A DNA stretch of 64,000 nucleotides, taken from contig CAZPUL010000002.1 of assembly GCA_964589735.1 (NCBI GenBank), forward strand, positions 8,176-72,175, read 5' to 3'. The position numbers were made by a program, and so were the translations under genes. This DNA is from an uncultured Verrucomicrobiota bacterium. Its GTDB lineage: Bacteria; Verrucomicrobiota; Verrucomicrobiia; Limisphaerales; JAEYXS01. Positions 58,742-64,000 of the stretch are shown piece after piece (the stretch's first letter is position 1; each line of letters opens with the position of its first letter). The notes under the pieces were generated by a model. That model saw only the letters and a list, made by a program, of their open reading frames with translations, had not been told where the DNA came from and ran no database searches.

Positions 58742-58856
58742 AAAACTCCAAGCTCAAAGTTCAAAGCTCAAAATTAGCTCCAAATCCGTCGTGGGCGGAT
58801 CTGGAGCTTTTTCATGGGAGATTCTTTTGATTTTTGAGCTTGGGGTTTGGAGTTTT
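58742..58856 (+). terminator. Nested inverted-repeat / terminator after murA
   Basis: Inner AGCTCCA.AATCCG...CGGAT..TGGAGCTTTTT; outer AAAACTCCAAGCTCAAAG vs TTTGAGCTTGGGGTTTGGAGTTTT. Confidence 0.7.
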
Positions 58857-58938
58857 GATTCGGCATTTATTTCTGCTGGCTCTTGGCCCCGGCAGGCATT
58901 AGGTTGTCGCAGTTTCCAAATATTAGCTGAGGTGCCGT

Positions 58939-59442
58939 ATGGACATTAATTTTGCCTGCCCGAACTGCAACGTGTTGCTGACCGCGGATGACTCGATGGT
59001 CGGTGACGAGATCCAGTGTCCACAATGCAGCCTGACCTTCAATGTGCCGGAAGGCACCCCGGCCCCTCCGCCAGCGCCCGCCGTTGATCCGACCGAGGAG
59101 ATATTGGCGGCGACCTCCACACCTGAGCTCAAGCCGCGCCAGCGCATCAACCTGACGCTGCCCTCCAGCGCCCCTGGTTCGGGCGCGCTCATCGAGAAGG
59201 CGAACAAGCCGCTCGAAGTGGCGGCCAAGCTGGGCATTTCCTTCGTCGTGCGGACCATTCGCCGTTCCGAGTGCATCGTCAATGGCAAGGACCGCTTTGA
59301 TGACATGGTGGCCGAGGTTTTGAGCGGTGTGGGTGAGGAACATCTGCATTCCGTCACGCCGATCAGCTATTCCTATCTCGATAAAGCCTCCCAGATGGCG
59401 CTGATGGACTACGGCGTCATGATCATCTACAAGAAGCAGTAA
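58939..59442 (+). CDS. Zinc-ribbon-containing hypothetical protein
   Basis: MDINFACPNCNVLLTADDSMVGDEIQCPQCSLTFNVPEG. Confidence 0.8.
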   Translation: MDINFACPNCNVLLTADDSMVGDEIQCPQCSLTFNVPEGTPAPPPAPAVDPTEEILAATSTPELKPRQRINLTLPSSAPGSGALIEKANKPLEVAAKLGISFVVRTIRRSECIVNGKDRFDDMVAEVLSGVGEEHLHSVTPISYSYLDKASQMALMDYGVMIIYKKQ

Positions 59443-59504
59443 TTCAGCGGGGCCGGAGAAGCTCCCAAGCTCAAAGCACTGAAGAAACTTCCAATCTCAA
59501 GCTC

Positions 59505-59536
59505 CAGCTTTGCTCCGGCGGGTTGGAGCTTTTTCT
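59505..59536 (+). terminator. Intrinsic terminator after zinc-ribbon gene
   Basis: AGCTCCA-GCTTTGCTCCGGCGGGT-TGGAGCTTTTT. Confidence 0.7.
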
Positions 59537-59861
59537 TTGGTCGTTTGGAGTTTTGAAGGGGGATTATCTTCCTTCTGTGGGCGTTCGACCACCCAGAGGC
59601 CGCCAGTTGGATTGGATCATCTGCTGAATCCCTTGCGGAGTGAAAAATGTATTTCCGACCGGCTCTATCAAACCGCCGAAGGGATGGCGGACAGGGAAGG
59701 GATGGCCTTTTTTGGTCCGGCAGGTGTGGATTCTGATGATTGCACTTTGGCGGTTATTGACGGAAACTTGTCCGCGTTCGGCTGACGTTGGTCGGGATTG
59801 AGCGTTTGCTGCTGCTGGCTGTCAATCATGATGGTCGGGGCGGCGCAAAAGCCGGCTACAG

Positions 59862-60386
59862 ATGCATACTGAGACCAAACCGGAACCAACCGTGAACGGA
59901 TGGGCCCGCCTGGTGGTGGGCAAACATCCGAAGAAGACGCTTTCGCGCATCGCGGTGACGATCATCACCTGCGCTGTGGTCTTTGGTTTTCTGGCCCGCC
60001 CCATCCAAGTGGTCGGTATCAGCATGTTCCCGACTTACAAGCAGGGGCAGTATAACTTCATCAACCGTGTCTCCTATTGGTTTTCCGAGCCACAACGCTT
60101 TGATGTGGTGGCGGTGGATGAGCGTCAAAACGGCATCCGTGCGGTCCTGCTCAAGCGTATCATCGGCCTGCCGGGGGAAAAAGTGGTCATCAGTGAGGGG
60201 ATCGTGGAGGTGAATGGCCAGCCCTTGGATGAGCCGTATGTGCGGGCGCGTTTTCCGTGGAAGGAAGATTTTGAATTGGGGCCGGAGGAGTATCTGGTCA
60301 TCGGTGACAACCGGGCCATGATCCAGGACAACCACACCCATGGGGTCCGCGCGCGCAAGTTGATCATGGGCAAGGTGCTGTATTGA
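59862..60386 (+). CDS. lepB: Signal peptidase I
   Basis: QVVGISMFPTYKQGQYNFINRVSYW, FDVVAVDE..., AVLLKRIIGLPGEKVVISEGIVEVNGQ, YLVIGDNR. Confidence 0.88.
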   Translation: MHTETKPEPTVNGWARLVVGKHPKKTLSRIAVTIITCAVVFGFLARPIQVVGISMFPTYKQGQYNFINRVSYWFSEPQRFDVVAVDERQNGIRAVLLKRIIGLPGEKVVISEGIVEVNGQPLDEPYVRARFPWKEDFELGPEEYLVIGDNRAMIQDNHTHGVRARKLIMGKVLY

Positions 60387-60392
60387 GTCGGC

Positions 60393-61781
60393 TTAAAAAT
60401 CGCGGAACGGTCCTCGCGGTTCGGCCTCATCCATCTGTTTCTTCCAGTTCACGAACTTGGCTTTCATCATGGCGGTCACGTCGGGCTTCTCCTGACTGAG
60501 GTCTTTTTTCTCGCTGAGGTCGGTGGATAAATCATACAGCCCTTTGCCTTTGGCGGATTCCACCCACTTCCAGTTGCCGACGCGGGCGGCACGATCGCTG
60601 CGGCGTTCCCAATACATCTCGGTGCGCGGTGATTTCTGTTTGCCTTGCAGCACGGGCAGGAGATTGAAGCCGTCGAGGATGATATCCTTCGGTGGTCTGG
60701 CTCCGGCGATGGCAGTGAAGGTGGGGAAGAGTTCGAGGCCGGTGAGGAATTCATCCGTGACTTTTCCGGCCGGCAATTGGCCGGGCCAGCGGGCGAGGAA
60801 AGGCACGCGCAAGCCGCCTTCCCACATGGTGGATTTCGCGCCTTTCAAGGGCGCATTGCCGCCATTGCCACTGCCGCCGTTGTCCGACATGAAGACCACG
60901 AGGGTGTTTTTTTCCAGGTCATGCTTTTTCAAGGCGTCGAGCAGTTCACCAATGGCGGCGTCCATGCAGGTGACGGCGGCGTAGTAGGAGGTGAGCCTTT
61001 CTTTCGGGTCCATCTGGGGATATTTGCGGATGTATTCGTCCGGAGCCTGCACGCCGGGTTTGTCCAGATTGGAAGCGCCATGAGGAGCGTTGAAAGCGAC
61101 GTAGAGGAAGAAGGGTTGCTCGCGGTTCTCGTTGATGAAACGGAGCGATTCGCGTTTGAAGACATCCGTGGCGTAGGTGCCTTTGTCCGCCTCCGTGCGG
61201 TTGTTGTCACGGAACATGGAAGGCGCGCCATAACGCTCGTGCGTGTAGTAATCGATGCCGTTGTTCCCGATGCCGTAAAAGAAATCGAAGCCGCGCTGGA
61301 GCGGCAGGTAACGCTTGGCCTGGCCCATGTCCCACTTGCCCACCACGCCCGTGCGATAGCCGGCGGTCTTGAGCACATTGCCAATGGTGATCTCCTTGGG
61401 GTCCAGCCCCAGAGTCATCTCCGGCGAGACGAGGTATTCATCCCAGGAATATTTGTGCCCGTAGTTGACGAGGTCATTGCGGACCATGTCATAGAGACCG
61501 TTGCGTTGTGGATAGCGCCCGGTCAGCACGCTGCCGCGTGAAGGTGTGCAGGCGGGCCAGGTGACGTAAAAACTAGTAGCCCGCACGCCTTCCCGGGCGA
61601 GGCGATCCAAGTTAGGCGTCAGAATGGGCTTGGTGCCGATGATGCCGAGATCGGGATAACCCTGATCGTCCGAGATGATGAACAGGATGTTGGGCGGACG
61701 TTCAGCGGCAGGGAGATTGAGGGAGGTGAACAATGCCGGTAACAGCACGATGCCAATCCAGAATGAGCAGGCGCGGACCAT
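60393..61781 (-). CDS. Sulfatase (arylsulfatase family)
   Basis: PPNILFIISDDQGYPDLG; SFYVTWPACTPSRGSVLTGRYPQRNGLYD (C-x-P-S-R maturation motif); VVFMSDNGGSGNGG. Start set in frame at MVRACSFWIG. Confidence 0.93.
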   Translation of the reverse strand: MVRACSFWIGIVLLPALFTSLNLPAAERPPNILFIISDDQGYPDLGIIGTKPILTPNLDRLAREGVRATSFYVTWPACTPSRGSVLTGRYPQRNGLYDMVRNDLVNYGHKYSWDEYLVSPEMTLGLDPKEITIGNVLKTAGYRTGVVGKWDMGQAKRYLPLQRGFDFFYGIGNNGIDYYTHERYGAPSMFRDNNRTEADKGTYATDVFKRESLRFINENREQPFFLYVAFNAPHGASNLDKPGVQAPDEYIRKYPQMDPKERLTSYYAAVTCMDAAIGELLDALKKHDLEKNTLVVFMSDNGGSGNGGNAPLKGAKSTMWEGGLRVPFLARWPGQLPAGKVTDEFLTGLELFPTFTAIAGARPPKDIILDGFNLLPVLQGKQKSPRTEMYWERRSDRAARVGNWKWVESAKGKGLYDLSTDLSEKKDLSQEKPDVTAMMKAKFVNWKKQMDEAEPRGPFRDF

Positions 61782-62120
61782 GCAGAATATGAAAGCACAG
61801 GTGATGGATTGCGGGAAGGGAAAGCTGATAGCAGGCCACCAATGATAGAGTGCCTGTGGCTGTTTTTGGTCTGTCTGGCTGGAATCGGGGCAGCTTAATT
61901 CTGCCTTGAGGCAATGGATTTGCGGTAGATCTTTCATGGGGAAAAGCCCTGATAGCACGGCGGTAGGAACACGCTAGGCTCTCCCACTGAAAACGGAATG
62001 GATGCACAGGGCTTTTGCCAAGAATGATGTAATTAAAGCAGTCAGGACAAAAAATGTCCATCATCGAGGCGGACTTTGCAAAAATTGGCCTAGAAGGTGC
62101 TGAATTGTAAATTTACAGGA

Positions 62121-64000
62121 ATGAGAACACTTACCTTGCTACCATGTGTCGCGCTGTTGCTGGCAGCGGGAGTCTCTGCTTTGCAAGCAGTTCCGACGGC
62201 AAATCCAGATACTGGAGCCACACCGGCGAACCAGCTTTTGACCGTCGGTAGCCCTGGTGTTCTGGCAAATGACTCTGGCACTGGGGTTTTGACCGTTAAC
62301 GGTAACGCTCCCCAGCAGAGTTATTCTTTTGCGGGTTTTACCTTCGATCAGTTGAGCACGCCGAATGTTTATACATCCTTGGCCGCAGGCACCTATAGTG
62401 GGGCCATCGTGACCCATCTGCCGATTGCTGTCACGGGTGAGATCACTGGGTTTCCGAGCAGTACGGTGGGTTTTGATTCCTCATTGTCGATTGGCCGCCA
62501 GTTTACCGTTACCACCGGGGTGCGTGCGTTGAACCTGCCGAATGGGAACAACGGCACGACCCGGCGCAGTGGTTTTGAACTGTCGTGGAACAATGGTTTG
62601 ATCCTCACGAACGATACGGGGAATGACTTTGTGGTCTATGAATCCGGCTCCAATGCCACCACGCCGGAAGGTTTCATGGTGCAGGTCCATGACCGGATCA
62701 ACAATGTGTGGAGTGTCTGGGTTTACCAGCCGGCCACGGCGGTGGCGACCACTTCCGGTTCGGAAACGGCTTTTGCCATGCTGTTTGACCTCAGCGGATT
62801 CGGCATCGCTGCCAATGGTGAGGTGGATGGCATCCGGGTGGTTAACCTGACCGATGAGGACCGGATGGTGGATGCCAGCGGTGTGGGGGTAGTGATTCCC
62901 GAAGACAACGGGGCTACGAGCGCGTTTTTGCCAGACCCGGGCTCCTTGGCTTCGTTCGAGACTTACGGTGCCAGCACGCTGGACCCGGACCCGATCTATG
63001 TCGGCATCTTGCGCCCTTTGACGCCCGGAACGCCGGCGTTTGACGCGAACAGCGCTTTGGGAGCGCCCGTCAACGTGAACCCGGACGGCAGTTATACCTA
63101 TGACCCGCGCGGTGTGCTTACCCTGCGGCAACTGGCCGCCGGGGCCACGATGGATGATACCTTCAGTTATACGGTGCAGGATGACGACGGTTTTGACACT
63201 GCCACGGTGACCATCACCGTGACCGGGGTGAACGAAGATCCGGTCGGCGTGAATGATGCGTATGCCGCCAGCGAGGATTCGGTCCTGTCGGTGCCCACCG
63301 CGACGGGCGTGCTGGTGAATGATACGGATGTGGATACCGGCGCGGTTCTCTCGGTGACGGCCTTCGACGCCTTCAGCGTGCAGGGGGCAGTGGTTGCGGT
63401 GGCAACAGATGGCAGTTTCACTTACAATCCGGCGGCGGTTCCGGCCATCCAGGCGCTCTCGGTGGGGCAAACGCTGGTGGATACGTTCACATACACTGTT
63501 TCTGACGCCAATGGTGGCAGTGATACGGCGATCACGGTGAGTATCACGGTGAGCGGCCGCAACAACCCGCCCATGGCCGTGGCCGACACCGGTTTTGCCA
63601 CTGCTTCGGACACGGTGCTCAATGTGCCCGCGCCTGGTGTCCTGGCGAATGACACGGACCCGGATGCCGGTGACGTCTTGCGGGTGGAAGGTCCGGGGCA
63701 GCAGCTTTACACCTTTGCCACAGTCACTTTTGATCAAGCCGGCACACCGACCATCCTCACCACCCTGGCACCCGGCACCTATGATGGAGCGGTGATCGAT
63801 GCCGAACCGGCGGACCTGACGAACGCCCGTAGCGGTTTTCCGGATGACGCCACGAATTTCAAAGGTGAGTATTCCTTGGGCCGCCTCTTTGAATCTTCCG
63901 CCGGCACCACAGTGCGCGGGGTGAATCTCCCCTTGGGTGATGTGGGAACGGCGTTCCGCAGTGGCGTTCAATTGTCATGGGAAAACGGACTGAGTCTGAC
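62121..64000 (+). CDS. Exported cadherin/VCBS-like multi-domain surface protein, N-terminal part (runs off window)
   Basis: MRTLTLLPCVALLLAAGVSALQA signal peptide; no stop to 64000; tandem VTVTITVTGVNEDPVGVNDAYAASEDSVLSV.TGVLVNDTDVD modules. Absent from the supplied ORF track because it lacks a stop. Confidence 0.85.
   Translation, partial: MRTLTLLPCVALLLAAGVSALQAVPTANPDTGATPANQLLTVGSPGVLANDSGTGVLTVNGNAPQQSYSFAGFTFDQLSTPNVYTSLAAGTYSGAIVTHLPIAVTGEITGFPSSTVGFDSSLSIGRQFTVTTGVRALNLPNGNNGTTRRSGFELSWNNGLILTNDTGNDFVVYESGSNATTPEGFMVQVHDRINNVWSVWVYQPATAVATTSGSETAFAMLFDLSGFGIAANGEVDGIRVVNLTDEDRMVDASGVGVVIPEDNGATSAFLPDPGSLASFETYGASTLDPDPIYVGILRPLTPGTPAFDANSALGAPVNVNPDGSYTYDPRGVLTLRQLAAGATMDDTFSYTVQDDDGFDTATVTITVTGVNEDPVGVNDAYAASEDSVLSVPTATGVLVNDTDVDTGAVLSVTAFDAFSVQGAVVAVATDGSFTYNPAAVPAIQALSVGQTLVDTFTYTVSDANGGSDTAITVSITVSGRNNPPMAVADTGFATASDTVLNVPAPGVLANDTDPDAGDVLRVEGPGQQLYTFATVTFDQAGTPTILTTLAPGTYDGAVIDAEPADLTNARSGFPDDATNFKGEYSLGRLFESSAGTTVRGVNLPLGDVGTAFRSGVQLSWENGLSL

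Noticed and set aside
59510-59785. 91-aa ORF between the zinc-ribbon gene and lepB
   Set aside because: Begins inside the terminator/inverted repeat and has no recognisable composition or motif; left unannotated.
62481-63971. 496-aa antisense ORF under the cadherin-like gene
   Set aside because: Opposite strand has a signal peptide and tandem repeats; the antisense composition is shadow-like.

Overview
Chromosomal window from what looks like a Verrucomicrobia-type genome (inferred from PEP-CTERM, DUF1501/DUF1549-1553, sulfatase, FAD-oxidoreductase and DUF1080-type content). Mostly single-copy housekeeping and exported catabolic genes: lpxD, a ffs (SRP RNA)-dnaX-ybaB-recR block, tRNA-Phe(GAA), prmC-murA, signal peptidase I, a mobA-like gene, sixA, and an EboD-like/EboF-like pair. 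I found no phage, CRISPR array, transposase or recognised defence system. The most unusual signal is non-coding. Two 180/181-nt inverted-repeat elements (32105-32284 and 48080-48260) share ends, an inner frame and a ~50-nt core. Their stem arms differ between copies but remain self-complementary within each copy (compensatory change). One copy interrupts another dispersed repeat whose two uninterrupted paralogues in this window show the apparent empty site, suggesting a TA-targeted, non-autonomous element. Several other structured intergenic repeat families are present: a 151-nt equal-length pair, a three-hairpin module, nested inverted repeats around a zinc-ribbon gene, hairpins at gene 3' ends, and CTCTCC hairpins. 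All product names rest on motif and sequence recognition by eye; no database search was run.
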